This document shows positions 29,244 to 38,528 of a stretch of DNA of 64,000 nucleotides, piece after piece. The stretch comes from an uncultured Actinomycetes bacterium. GTDB lineage: Bacteria; Actinomycetota; Thermoleophilia; Gaiellales; JAICJC01. Position 1 is the stretch's first letter. Each line of letters starts with the position of its first letter. The stretch spans positions 489-64,488 of the forward strand of contig CAWJLQ010000010.1 in NCBI GenBank assembly GCA_963843705.1, written 5' to 3'. The notes under the pieces are model-generated. The model made no database searches. It saw only the letters and a list, made by a program, of their open reading frames with translations, and was not told the origin of the DNA. A program made the position numbers and the translations under genes.

Positions 29244-29334
29244 GCTGTTCGCCCACAGGGGGCCGCGCAGCCCGTCCGCGGAAACGGGGAATGACACATG
29301 CGATGGAGCCAAGTGTCGCCATGGGACGCCCGAC

Positions 29335-29841
29335 GTGAGCGCGCCGCCCATCATTCTCGAGCCGTGGAGCGACGGCGACCTGCCGTTGCTCGAGCGGCCG
29401 CTGGGCGATCCGCGAACGACCGAGCACCTCGGAGGCCCCGAGAGCCCGCAGCAGCTGCGCGAGCGTCAGCGACGCTACGAGCGCCTCGAGGGCAGCGACC
29501 GCATGTTCAAGATCGTCGAGGCCGCGAGCGGTGAGGGGGTGAGCTCGGTCGGGGGCTGGACGAAGACGTGGCGGGACGCTGAGGTCTACGAAGTCGGCTG
29601 GATGGCCCTGCCCGGGTTCCAGGGCGGCGGCATCGCGGCGAGGGCGACGGCCGAGGCGATCGCCCTCGCCAGGCGCGACGGCGCGCACAGGTTCGTGCAC
29701 GCCTTCCCGAGCGTCGAGAACGCGCCGTCGAACGCGATCTGCCGCAAGCTCGGCTTCGAGCTGGTCGAGGCGTGCGAGTTCGAGTATCCCAGGGGACAAC
29801 TGATGACCTGCAACGACCGGCGCCTCGACCTGGGCGGCTGA
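29335..29841 (+). CDS. GNAT acetyltransferase (Acetyltransf_3 / RimJ-like)
   Basis: GTG 29335. EVGWMALPGFQGGGIAARA and ENAPSNAICRKLGF. Confidence 0.75.
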   Translation: MSAPPIILEPWSDGDLPLLERPLGDPRTTEHLGGPESPQQLRERQRRYERLEGSDRMFKIVEAASGEGVSSVGGWTKTWRDAEVYEVGWMALPGFQGGGIAARATAEAIALARRDGAHRFVHAFPSVENAPSNAICRKLGFELVEACEFEYPRGQLMTCNDRRLDLGG

Positions 29842-29851
29842 ACCGGCGGCG

Positions 29852-30208
29852 CTACTCGACCGGCGGGCCCCGGCGGGCCGATCGCCACACCAGACCGACC
29901 ACGAGGTCGACCATGATGCCGAGGACCGCGACGGCGAAGAGCAGGAGTATCAGGACACCGGTCCCGATCTCGCGGCCCGTCGGCCCGGGAGAGGCCGCGA
30001 GATCACGGTTGCTCGAGACGGCCAGCGCGGCCATCGCCAGTGCCAGGGCAAGCGCCCCGGCCCGGCTCAGGAAGAACGCCGCGCACAGCGCCACGACGAG
30101 AAACGACACGAACTCCGGGAACGCCGCCGCGCCCCCGGCGGTGAGCGACACCAGCGCGCCGATCGCGAGTACGACCAACGCGGTCGTCCGCCGGGCGCGC
30201 CGCGCCAA
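29852..30208 (-). CDS. Small 4-TM membrane protein
   Basis: 118-aa ORF with four hydrophobic segments. Confidence 0.5.
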   Translation of the reverse strand: MARRARRTTALVVLAIGALVSLTAGGAAAFPEFVSFLVVALCAAFFLSRAGALALALAMAALAVSSNRDLAASPGPTGREIGTGVLILLLFAVAVLGIMVDLVVGLVWRSARRGPPVE

Positions 30209-30209
30209 C

Positions 30210-31208
30210 CTACTCCGTCGAGTACTTCGGCTGCGCCTTCTCGCCGCGGATCCGCGCGACGGCGTGGTTCGCGGCCAGGGCCGCCTCGGCGAACCCCACG
30301 GTGATCAGCGTGATCTTGCCCTCGAACCCGGCGACATCCCCCGCCGCATACACCCCCGGCAGGTTCGTCTCGCAGGTCTGGTTCACCCTGATCTGGCGCT
30401 TGTTCGCGAACTCGAGTCCCCAGTTGGCGATCGGGCCGAGATGGGAGACGAACCCGAGCAGCGTCACGAGCTCGTCGCAGGCGACCTCGACCATCTCGCC
30501 GGTCTCGGTGTTCTCGACCGTGATCTGCTCGACGCGCCCGTTGCCGGCGGCCGCGCGCACCTCGCACGGCACCATGATCTCGACGAGGCCCTCCGCCGCG
30601 AGACGGCGCACCTCGTTGACCGACGACTCGAGGCCGCGGAAGCGGTCGCGGCGGTGGATCAGCCGGATCGGGGTCTCGGCCGTGTCCTGGAGCCCCATCG
30701 CCCAGTCGAGCGCGGAGTCGCCGCCGCCGACGAGCGCCACCCGCCGCCCGGCGAACGCCTCCTTGCGCTTCACGAAGTAGTGCAGGCCGTTGCCCTCCCA
30801 CCGCTCCAGGTCGGGCAGGTCGAGCTTGCGCGGGTTGAACGCCCCGTGGCCGGCCGTGATGATCACGGTGCGCGTGAGCAGCGTCTCGCCGGCGGCCGTG
30901 TGCAGCTCGATCACCTCGTCCTCGCGGTGCGTGATCGTCTCGATCACCTCGCCCAGCCGCACCTCGGGCTCGTACTGCATCGCCTGGTCGGTGAGCCGGT
31001 CGATCAGCTCCTGGCCGTTGATCCTGGGGTATCCGGCCACGTCGAAGATGTGCTTCTCGGGGTAGACGGCCGACACCTGGCCGCCCAGCTGCTCGAGGCT
31101 TTCGACGATGCGGACGCTCGCGTCGCGGTGGCCGCCGTAGTAGGCCGCCGCCAGGCCGGTCGGGCCACCGCCGACGATGGTGATGTCGATGATCTGCTCG
31201 GTGGCCAC
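30210..31208 (-). CDS. Ferredoxin-NADP+ reductase, thioredoxin-reductase-like type (YumC-like)
   Basis: IVGGGPTGLAAAYY, VALVGGGDSALDWA, GVYAAGDV. GTG 31208 within ORF 30210..31502. Confidence 0.85.
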   Translation of the reverse strand: MATEQIIDITIVGGGPTGLAAAYYGGHRDASVRIVESLEQLGGQVSAVYPEKHIFDVAGYPRINGQELIDRLTDQAMQYEPEVRLGEVIETITHREDEVIELHTAAGETLLTRTVIITAGHGAFNPRKLDLPDLERWEGNGLHYFVKRKEAFAGRRVALVGGGDSALDWAMGLQDTAETPIRLIHRRDRFRGLESSVNEVRRLAAEGLVEIMVPCEVRAAAGNGRVEQITVENTETGEMVEVACDELVTLLGFVSHLGPIANWGLEFANKRQIRVNQTCETNLPGVYAAGDVAGFEGKITLITVGFAEAALAANHAVARIRGEKAQPKYSTE

Positions 31209-31308
31209 CAACGGCAGTCTAGAAGACGGAGCTTGTGACAGCCGCCACCCCGCGAGAACCCGCTCGAATACAGGGATCCCGGCCGATCTGAGGCCGCGAT
31301 TGTGAGCG

Positions 31309-31318
31309 GTGCTATAGT
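31309..31318 (+). promoter_or_regulatory. Candidate extended -10 (TGcTATAGT) 8 nt upstream of the nuoA GTG; possible leaderless nuo transcript
   Basis: An AT-rich hexamer in otherwise GC-rich sequence. No SD between it and the start. Confidence 0.4.
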
Positions 31319-31326
31319 CGGCCTCG

Positions 31327-31689
31327 GTGCTCGGCGACTGGGCAGCATTCCTGGTCTTTGCGGCGATCGCATTCGTGATCCCGTTCAGCCTGCTCGTGGC
31401 GACGTTCACGCTCTCGACCCGAACGTCGCGGCACGCCGGTGACAAGAGCATCCCGTTCGAGTCCGGCGTGTCGTCGCACACGTTCACGGCCGGCCGGTTC
31501 ACCGTCAGCTACTACATGACCGCCCTGCTCTTCATCGTGTTCGACATCGAGATCGTCTTCCTCTACCCGCTGGCACTGGAGCTGCACGCGCTCAAGTGGT
31601 TCGGGCTGACCGAGATGGTCACGTTCGTCGTGCTCCTGGTCGTCGCGTACGCCTACGTCTGGCGGAGGGGGGCGCTGGAATGGCGGTGA
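31327..31689 (+). CDS. nuoA: NADH-quinone oxidoreductase subunit A
   Basis: PFESG...[20 protein letters not shown]. Confidence 0.9.
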   Translation: MLGDWAAFLVFAAIAFVIPFSLLVATFTLSTRTSRHAGDKSIPFESGVSSHTFTAGRFTVSYYMTALLFIVFDIEIVFLYPLALELHALKWFGLTEMVTFVVLLVVAYAYVWRRGALEWR

Positions 31690-32207
31690 CGCCGGTTCAC
31701 ATCGACCGCGCCGTGCGGTCGGAGGATCTCGAGCAGTACGTCATGCTGACGACCGTGGAGAAGGCGCTCGCGTGGGCGCAGTCGAACTCGATCTGGCCGG
31801 CCGGCTTCGGCCTGGCCTGCTGCGCGATCGAGATGATGTCGCTGCCCTCCCCGCGCTACGACATCGCCCGCTTCGGCGCCGAGGTGTTCCGCAGCTCGCC
31901 CCGCCAGTCCGACCTCCTGATCGTCTCGGGGCGGGTGTCGCACAAGATGTCGGCGCCGCTGCGGCAGGTGTACGACCAGATGCTCGTGCCCAAGTGGGTG
32001 ATGGCGATGGGAGCGTGCTCGAGCTCGGGCGGGATGTTCGCGAACTACGCCATCCTGCAGGGCGTGGACAAGATCGTGCCCGTGGACGTGCACGTGCCCG
32101 GCTGCCCCCCGCGGCCCGAGGCCGTGCTCGACGGGCTGCGCCTGATCCAGCGCAAGATCCGGGCCGGCATCCCGCCGGCGTACGAGCAGGAGAAGTCGAA
32201 GGCGTGA
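31680..32207 (+). CDS. nuoB: NADH-quinone oxidoreductase subunit B
   Basis: [25 protein letters not shown]. Confidence 0.93.
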   Translation: MAVTPVHIDRAVRSEDLEQYVMLTTVEKALAWAQSNSIWPAGFGLACCAIEMMSLPSPRYDIARFGAEVFRSSPRQSDLLIVSGRVSHKMSAPLRQVYDQMLVPKWVMAMGACSSSGGMFANYAILQGVDKIVPVDVHVPGCPPRPEAVLDGLRLIQRKIRAGIPPAYEQEKSKA

Positions 32208-32776
32208 CGGCGGCGCAGCTTGCGGCGGCGGTCCGAAAGGCCGTGCCCGGATCCGTCGTCTCGCACGAGAAGGGCATCGACATGCCGACGCTGACCGTGA
32301 AGCCGGAGAAGCTCGTCGAGGTGTGCACCTACCTGCGCGATGAGCAGGGCAAGAACTTCCTCTCGGCAGTCTCGGCCGTCGACCACCTCGGCTACGGCGA
32401 CGAGGTGTCCGGCTACTTCGGCACGGAGCGCGGCCGCGACCTGAACGCGACCGGGAGCTGGGGCGCGGCCGAGACGCCGGCGCAGCCGCCGAAGCGCTTC
32501 GCCGTCCGCTACCACGTCGCCCACGTCGGCGACGGCCCGCCCGAGCGCGTGCGCGTGCAGGTGTGGCTGGACGACGGCCAGGAGGTGGCGAGCGTCGTCC
32601 CGGTGTGGCCGACGGCCGACTGGCACGAGCGCGAGCAGTACGACCTGATGGGCATCGTCTTCGCCGGCCATCCCAACCTGCGCCGGCTGATCCTGCCGAC
32701 CGACTGGGACGGCCATCCCCTGCGCAAGGACTATCCGATCGGCGGCGAGCCGGTCCAGTTCACGGACGCCGTATGA
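32204..32776 (+). CDS. nuoC: NADH-quinone oxidoreductase subunit C
   Basis: [18 protein letters not shown]; GTGA overlap with nuoB. Confidence 0.9.
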   Translation: MTAAQLAAAVRKAVPGSVVSHEKGIDMPTLTVKPEKLVEVCTYLRDEQGKNFLSAVSAVDHLGYGDEVSGYFGTERGRDLNATGSWGAAETPAQPPKRFAVRYHVAHVGDGPPERVRVQVWLDDGQEVASVVPVWPTADWHEREQYDLMGIVFAGHPNLRRLILPTDWDGHPLRKDYPIGGEPVQFTDAV

Positions 32777-34035
32777 GCATCGTCGAGCGCCCACCCGCCC
32801 CGGTCGAGCCGCTCTACACGCCCGCGCGCATCCCGCCCGGCGCGCCGTCGAAGGTCGACCCGCCGCCGGGCGAGGATCTGATCACCGTCAACTTCGGGCC
32901 CAACCACCCGTCGACGCACGGGGTGCTGCGCCTGATCGTGACCCTCGACGGCGAGGTGGTCGTCGGCCTCGACGCCGACATCGGCTACGTCCACACCGGC
33001 TTCGAGAAGAACTTCGAGCAGAAGACCTACTGGAAGTGCATCCCGTACGCGCCGCGGATGGACTACGTCGCCTTCTTCGCGAACGAGCTGGCCTATGTCG
33101 GCGCCGTGGAGAAGCTGATCGGGATCGAGGTGCCGGAGCGGGCGCAGTGGATCCGCACGCTCTTCGCCGAGCTGAACCGCATCCACAGCCACCTCATCTA
33201 CCTGGGCACGTCCGGGGTCGAGATGGGCGCGATGTCGGTGTTCTTCTACTGCCTGCGCGAGCGCGACGCGGTGCTCGACCTGTTCGAGATGGCCACCGGC
33301 GTGCGCATGCACGACCGCTACCCGCAGATCGGCGGCGTGGCCGAGGACCTGCCGAAGGGCTTCTACGCCGAGTGCCGCAAATTCTGCGAGATGATGCCCA
33401 AGCGCATCGACGAGTACCTCGACCTCCTGGCCGGGAACCCGGTCTGGAAGTCGCGCTACCACGGCATCGGCGCCATCACGGCAGACACGGCGATCGCGAT
33501 GGGGCTGTCCGGCCCGAACCTGCGCGCGAGCGGCGTCGCCTACGACCTGCGCCGCGTCGAGCCCTACCTCGTCTACGACCAGGTGGACTTCGACGTCATC
33601 CTCGGCGAGCGCGGCGACGCCTACGACCGCTTCCTGTGCCGGACGAAGGAGATGTACGAGTCGGTCAGGATCATCGAGCAGTGCCTCGACAAGATGCCCT
33701 CCGGGCCGGTGATGGCGACCGATCGCAAGTACGTGCTGCCGCCGCGGGCGGAGCTGCACACGTCGATGGAGTCGCTGATCCACCACTTCAAGCTCGTCAC
33801 CGAGGGCTTCCGTGTGCCGCCCGGCCAGGTGTATTACCCGGTCGAGTCGCCGCGGGGCGAGTTCGGCTGCTACCTCGTCTCCGACGGCGGCCCGAAGCCG
33901 TGGCGGGTGCACTTCCGCGCGCCGAGCTTCGTCAGCCTGCAGGTGACGGCGATGATGTCGGTCAACCGCTACATCGGCGACATGATCGTCGTCGTCGGCT
34001 CGCTCGACGGCGTCATGGGCGAGGCGGACCGGTAA
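32773..34035 (+). CDS. nuoD: NADH-quinone oxidoreductase subunit D
   Basis: NFGPNHPSTHGVLRL, ESPRGEFG; ATGA overlap with nuoC. Confidence 0.95.
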   Translation: MSIVERPPAPVEPLYTPARIPPGAPSKVDPPPGEDLITVNFGPNHPSTHGVLRLIVTLDGEVVVGLDADIGYVHTGFEKNFEQKTYWKCIPYAPRMDYVAFFANELAYVGAVEKLIGIEVPERAQWIRTLFAELNRIHSHLIYLGTSGVEMGAMSVFFYCLRERDAVLDLFEMATGVRMHDRYPQIGGVAEDLPKGFYAECRKFCEMMPKRIDEYLDLLAGNPVWKSRYHGIGAITADTAIAMGLSGPNLRASGVAYDLRRVEPYLVYDQVDFDVILGERGDAYDRFLCRTKEMYESVRIIEQCLDKMPSGPVMATDRKYVLPPRAELHTSMESLIHHFKLVTEGFRVPPGQVYYPVESPRGEFGCYLVSDGGPKPWRVHFRAPSFVSLQVTAMMSVNRYIGDMIVVVGSLDGVMGEADR

Positions 34036-34176
34036 AGATGGTCGACTCCGAACTCAACGCGCGCCCGGACGCACGACGGTCAGACGCCAGTTCAGCCACT
34101 ATGGCCGCTTCCTGCGTCCTTGCGCCGCTCGGTTCTCGCCCCCCAGGACATCACGTGAATTCGGAGTCGACCATCT
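34036..34176 (+). repeat. 141-nt hairpin element with perfect 17-bp terminal inverted repeats, filling the nuoD-nuoE gap
   Basis: AGATGGTCGACTCCGAA (34036-52) and TTCGGAGTCGACCATCT (34160-76). Inner pair GGACGCA (34067-73) / TGCGTCC (34113-19). Confidence 0.85.
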
Positions 34177-34177
34177 A

Positions 34178-34732
34178 GTGGACCCGGCCACCGCAGAGAC
34201 GCTCCGCGGCGCGCTCGAGACGCGCCCCGACATGCCCGCGCCGCTGCCGCCGGACGACACGAGCGCGCCGCTGCGCGACCGCATCCTGGCCGTCGTCGCG
34301 CTCTACCCGGAGCCGCGCTCGGCGCTGATCCCGGCGTTGCGCCTGGCCCAGGAGGAGTACGGCTGGCTGACGACCGAGGCCTACGAGCTGGTGGCCGACG
34401 CGACCGGGTTCACACCCGCTCTCTGCAAGTCGGTGGCATCGTTCTACGACATGTTCCGGCTGCAGCCGGTGGGCCGGCACGAGATCTGCGTGTGCACCAA
34501 CATCTCGTGCGCGCTCGTCGGCGCCGGCGAGACGGTGCGCGCGTTCGAGCGCGAGCTCGGCATCCAGGCCGGCGAGACGACGGCCGACGGCGCCTTCACG
34601 CTGCGCACCGTCGAGTGCTACGGCGGCTGCGGCTGGGGCCCGGTCGTCTCGGTCGACGAGCGCTACCACGAGCCCTTCGGCCCCGACCGCGTGAAGCCGC
34701 TCGTGGACGAGCTGCGGGGCGACGCGGGATGA
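34178..34732 (+). CDS. nuoE: NADH-quinone oxidoreductase subunit E
   Basis: CTNISCALVGA...ECYGGCGWGP 2Fe-2S motif. Confidence 0.9.
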   Translation: MDPATAETLRGALETRPDMPAPLPPDDTSAPLRDRILAVVALYPEPRSALIPALRLAQEEYGWLTTEAYELVADATGFTPALCKSVASFYDMFRLQPVGRHEICVCTNISCALVGAGETVRAFERELGIQAGETTADGAFTLRTVECYGGCGWGPVVSVDERYHEPFGPDRVKPLVDELRGDAG

Positions 34733-36039
34733 GCGAGCTGCGCAGGATCCTGCTCGACTTCGAGGGCGACCACCGCGACGTGCACGCCTACGAGCAGGCC
34801 GGCGGCTACGCGTCGCTGCGCAAGGCGCTCGGGATGGACACCGGCGACGTGGTCGCGGCGGTGGACGCCTCCGGCCTGCGCGGCCGCGGCGGCGCCGGCT
34901 TCCCGACCGGCCGCAAGGCCTCGTTCCTGCCCAAGGGGCGCACGCCGGCCTACCTGTGCGTGAACGCGGACGAGTCGGAGCCGGGCACGTTCAAGGACCG
35001 CGAGATCATGCTGCGCAACCCGCACGCGCTGATCGAGGGCATCGTGATCATGAGCTACGGGATCTCGGCCACCTCGGCGTTCATCTACATCCGCGGCGAG
35101 TACCGCACCGAGTTCGAGGTGCTGAAGCGGGCGCTCGAGGAGGCCCACGGCCGAGGCTATGTGGGCCGCAACGTGCTCGGGTCGGGCTACGACGCGACGA
35201 TCGTCCTGCACCGCGGCGCGGGCGCCTACATCTGCGGTGAGGAGACGGCGCTCCTGACCTCGCTCGAGGGCGAGCGCGGCCAGCCGCGCTCGAAGCCCCC
35301 GTTCCCGGCCGTCGCCGGCCTGTACGCGGCGCCGACGCTCGTGAACAACGTCGAGACGCTCGCGTCGGTGCCGTACATCCTGGAGATGGGCGGCGAGGCC
35401 TACGCCGCGATCGGCACCGAGCGCTCCAAGGGCACGCGCGTGTTCTCGCTGTCGGGCAACGTGAAGCGGCCCGGGAACTACGAGCTCCCGCTGACTGCCA
35501 CGTTGCGCGACCTGATCGAAGGCCGCGGCGGCGGAGCGCCGGACGGGCGCTCGATCAAGGCCATCATCCCCGGCGGCTCCTCGACGCCGCTGCTCATGCC
35601 CGACCAGCTCGACACCGGCATCGACTACGAGTCGATCGCGGCGGCGGGCTCGATGGCGGGCTCCGGAGCGGTGGTCGTGATCGACGACCGCGCCTGCATG
35701 GTGCAGCTCGCGCTGCGGGTGGCGCAGTTCTACCGCCACGAGAGCTGCGGCAAGTGCACGCCCTGCCGCGAGGGCACGAAGTGGGGCGTCGACATCATCC
35801 AGCGGATCGAGGACGGCACCGCCTCGCAGGGCGACCTCGACCTGCTCCTGAACGTGTGCGACCGCATCCTGGGCAAGTGCCTGTGCCCGCTGGGCGACGC
35901 GATGGCGATGCCGGTGGCGAGCTACGTCACCCACTTCCGCGAGGAGTTCCAGCGGCACATCGACGAGGGCGGCTGCCCGTTCGTCGAGCAGAGCCCGATC
36001 GCGAGCCTCTACCACGACACGGGCGGAGTGCCGGCGTGA
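34729..36039 (+). CDS. nuoF: NADH-quinone oxidoreductase subunit F
   Basis: GLRGRGGAGFPTG and ESCGKCTPCREG. Confidence 0.95.
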   Translation: MSELRRILLDFEGDHRDVHAYEQAGGYASLRKALGMDTGDVVAAVDASGLRGRGGAGFPTGRKASFLPKGRTPAYLCVNADESEPGTFKDREIMLRNPHALIEGIVIMSYGISATSAFIYIRGEYRTEFEVLKRALEEAHGRGYVGRNVLGSGYDATIVLHRGAGAYICGEETALLTSLEGERGQPRSKPPFPAVAGLYAAPTLVNNVETLASVPYILEMGGEAYAAIGTERSKGTRVFSLSGNVKRPGNYELPLTATLRDLIEGRGGGAPDGRSIKAIIPGGSSTPLLMPDQLDTGIDYESIAAAGSMAGSGAVVVIDDRACMVQLALRVAQFYRHESCGKCTPCREGTKWGVDIIQRIEDGTASQGDLDLLLNVCDRILGKCLCPLGDAMAMPVASYVTHFREEFQRHIDEGGCPFVEQSPIASLYHDTGGVPA

Positions 36040-36194
36040 ACACCTTCCACGACGCCTTCATGGACGTGCGCCGGCGCATCGAGGAGGGCGAGGACCCCGA
36101 GCTGATCGTCCCGGAGCTCCTGCGCCTGGCCTCCGCCCAGGACGAGATCGACATGGCCGAGGCGCTGTACGAGGACGAGGGCGACGATGAATAA
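36036..36194 (+). CDS. 52-aa acidic protein encoded between nuoF and nuoG (unassigned)
   Basis: The GTG overlaps the nuoF TGA (GTGA). All but one sense codon (50 of 51 after the GTG start) end in G or C. Sequence VNTFHDAFMDVRRRIEEGEDPELIVPELLRLASAQDEIDMAEALYEDEGDDE. Confidence 0.6.
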   Translation: MNTFHDAFMDVRRRIEEGEDPELIVPELLRLASAQDEIDMAEALYEDEGDDE

Positions 36195-36233
36195 CCGGTG
36201 CCTGGCACCGGGTGTTCACGAGGGGGCGTGCTG

Positions 36234-38528
36234 ATGGCGACCGTCGAGACGACCACGGTCACGCTGACGATCAACGGCCGCGAGGTGACCGTCCCGAAGG
36301 GCCTCTCGGTGGTCGAGGCGGCCGCCGAGGCGGGCGTCGAGATCCCCGTCTTCTGCTACGAGCCGCGCCTGGGTGCGGGCATCGGCGCCTGCCGCATGTG
36401 CCTGTGCGAGATCGAGGGCATGCCGAAGCTGCAGACCGCGTGCACGACCCCGGCCGCCGACGGCATGGTGATCGACTCCCACAGCGCCCGGGCGCGCGAG
36501 GGCCACGACGCCGTGCTCGAGTTCCTGCTGCTGAACCACCCGCTCGACTGCCCGGTGTGCGACAAGGGCGGCGAGTGCCCGCTGCAGGACCTGACCTTCC
36601 GCTACGGCCCGGGCGTCACCCGCATGACCCTGCCCAAGCGCACGCAGGAGAAGCCGGTCCCGATCTCGCCGCTGATCAAGCTCGACCGGGAGCGCTGCAT
36701 CCTCTGCTACCGCTGCACCCGGTTCTCGGAGGACGTCTCCGGCGACATGCAGCTCGTGCCGGAGAACCGCGGCGCCAACTCGGTGATCACCACCTTCGAG
36801 GGCCGCCCGTACACGAACGAGTTCTCCGGCAACGTCACCGAGCTGTGCCCGGTCGGCGCGCTCACCTCGACCACGTACCGGTTCCGGGCGCGGCCGTGGG
36901 AGATCCAGAACGTGCCCACGGTCTGCACCGGCTGCGCCGTCGGCTGCAACACCTACTCCACGATCCGCGAGGGCCAGGTCGCCCGTGTCCTCTCCCGCAA
37001 CCATCCCGGGGTGGACGAGGGCTGGCTGTGCGACCGCGGCCGCTACGCGCTCGGCCATCTGCGCGCCCCCGACCGCGTCACCCAGAACCTGATCCGCGGC
37101 GGCCGCGGGCTCGAGGCGGTGTCGACGGCAGAGGTGCTCGACCACGTCGCCGACCGCCTGCGCGCCACCGTCGAGCGCTTCGGCGCCGGCTCGGTGGCCG
37201 TGCTCGCCTCGGGCGAGCAGACGAACGAGGAGGCGTATGCCTGGGCGCGGATCCTGGAGGCGCTCGGCGGCGGGGTGAGCGTCGCCGGGCCGGAGAGCGG
37301 CCCCTGGTGGGACGACCTGGCGCCCTACGCGGCCTCGATCGAGGACGTCGGCCGCGCGCGCACGATCGTCGTCGCCGGCGACCCCGACCTCGGCCACCGC
37401 GCGCCCGTCATCGAGCTCTGGATCCGCAAGGCCGTGCGCGGGGGCGCCCGCGTGGTCACCGTCGGCCCCGGCGCCACCCGCCTCGACACGCTGCGCGGCG
37501 CCACGAACATCCCGGCCGCCCCCGGCACCGCCCACGCGGCGCTGCTCGAGGCCGCGGCCGCCGACGGCGCTCTGGCCGGGCCGCTGGGCGAGGACGGCGC
37601 CGTCGTCATCTGGGCCGGGCCGATGCGGGCGGAGGTGGCGTCGGTGCTCGCGCACGTCGCCCACGCGACCGGCTGCGCGGTGCTGCGGACGCCCCGGGCC
37701 GCGAACGAGGTCGGCTCCCGTGCCGCCGGTCTGGGCGGCGTCACCGCCGAGCAGGCGCTGCAGCAGGCGGAGGCCGGCGAGGTGCGCGCGATGATCATCC
37801 TCGGCGCCGACCCCGTCGGCGACTGGAGCGCCGGCGAGCGCTGGCGCGCCGCCCTGGCGCGCTGCTTCTTCGCGCTCCAGGTGACGGCGTTCCAGAACGA
37901 CTCGTCCGGCTGGGTGACGACGATGGTGCCCGAGGCGGCCGGCCTCGAGAAGGACGGCACGGTCACGAACCTCGAGGGCCGGGTGCAGCGCGTGCGCGGC
38001 GCCGCCCGCGCACCCGAGGGCGTCTCGGACGGCTACGCCTGGGCGGCCGAGCTGGCGGACCGGCTCGGCCTCGACCTGCCCCACGACCCGCCGGCGGCCT
38101 TCACCGAGATGGCGGCGCGGCTGCCCGCGTTCGCCGGCATGTCGTGGTCGGAGATCGGCGAGCGTGCGCCGCTCGGCGAGCGGCCCGCGGCGGCCGCCGC
38201 CCCGGCGGCGCCGCAGATGGCGCCGGCCGCCGTGCCCCAGACGGTCGTCGTCGGCTACCGCGAGCTGATGTCCGGGCCTGCGGTCGACCACACCGAGGAG
38301 CTCCAGTTCCAGCGCCGCAGGGGGATCGAGATCTCGTTCGAGGACGCCGAGCGGCTCGGCGTCGCCACCGGCGACCGCATCGCCGTCACGCAGGACGGAA
38401 GCACCGTGGCCGGGCCGGCGCTCGTGCAGCGGCGGCTGCGGCCGGGGGTCGTGCGCATGGCGGCACGCGTCCCCCACGTCGGCCCGGGCGCGGTGGCCGT
38501 CGCGCCCGCGGAGGCGGCCGGTGCCTGA
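36234..38528 (+). CDS. nuoG: NADH-quinone oxidoreductase subunit G
   Basis: CRMCLCEIEG, HPLDCPVCDKGGECPLQD, CILCYRCTRF. SD GAGGGGG upstream of ATG 36234. Confidence 0.93.
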   Translation: MATVETTTVTLTINGREVTVPKGLSVVEAAAEAGVEIPVFCYEPRLGAGIGACRMCLCEIEGMPKLQTACTTPAADGMVIDSHSARAREGHDAVLEFLLLNHPLDCPVCDKGGECPLQDLTFRYGPGVTRMTLPKRTQEKPVPISPLIKLDRERCILCYRCTRFSEDVSGDMQLVPENRGANSVITTFEGRPYTNEFSGNVTELCPVGALTSTTYRFRARPWEIQNVPTVCTGCAVGCNTYSTIREGQVARVLSRNHPGVDEGWLCDRGRYALGHLRAPDRVTQNLIRGGRGLEAVSTAEVLDHVADRLRATVERFGAGSVAVLASGEQTNEEAYAWARILEALGGGVSVAGPESGPWWDDLAPYAASIEDVGRARTIVVAGDPDLGHRAPVIELWIRKAVRGGARVVTVGPGATRLDTLRGATNIPAAPGTAHAALLEAAAADGALAGPLGEDGAVVIWAGPMRAEVASVLAHVAHATGCAVLRTPRAANEVGSRAAGLGGVTAEQALQQAEAGEVRAMIILGADPVGDWSAGERWRAALARCFFALQVTAFQNDSSGWVTTMVPEAAGLEKDGTVTNLEGRVQRVRGAARAPEGVSDGYAWAAELADRLGLDLPHDPPAAFTEMAARLPAFAGMSWSEIGERAPLGERPAAAAAPAAPQMAPAAVPQTVVVGYRELMSGPAVDHTEELQFQRRRGIEISFEDAERLGVATGDRIAVTQDGSTVAGPALVQRRLRPGVVRMAARVPHVGPGAVAVAPAEAAGA

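Noticed and set aside
28981-29334. A T-box leader upstream of the aaRS-like gene.
   Set aside because: No match to the conserved T-box sequence (AANNNGGGUGGNACCGCG) on the minus strand. The nearest string, GGGCCGGTGGCGGATG, does not fit.
32330-32500. An extended loop in NuoC ([36 protein letters not shown]) as an insertion.
   Set aside because: Its codon usage is native, and actinobacterial NuoC proteins are known to vary in this loop. It cannot be judged without an alignment.
34038-34178. A 46-codon ORF (MVDSELNARPDA...) spanning the nuoD-nuoE element from an ATG in the left repeat to a TAG in the right repeat.
   Set aside because: About a third of its codons end in A or T, against nearly none in neighbouring genes. 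The related element at 58761 has no equivalent closed frame.
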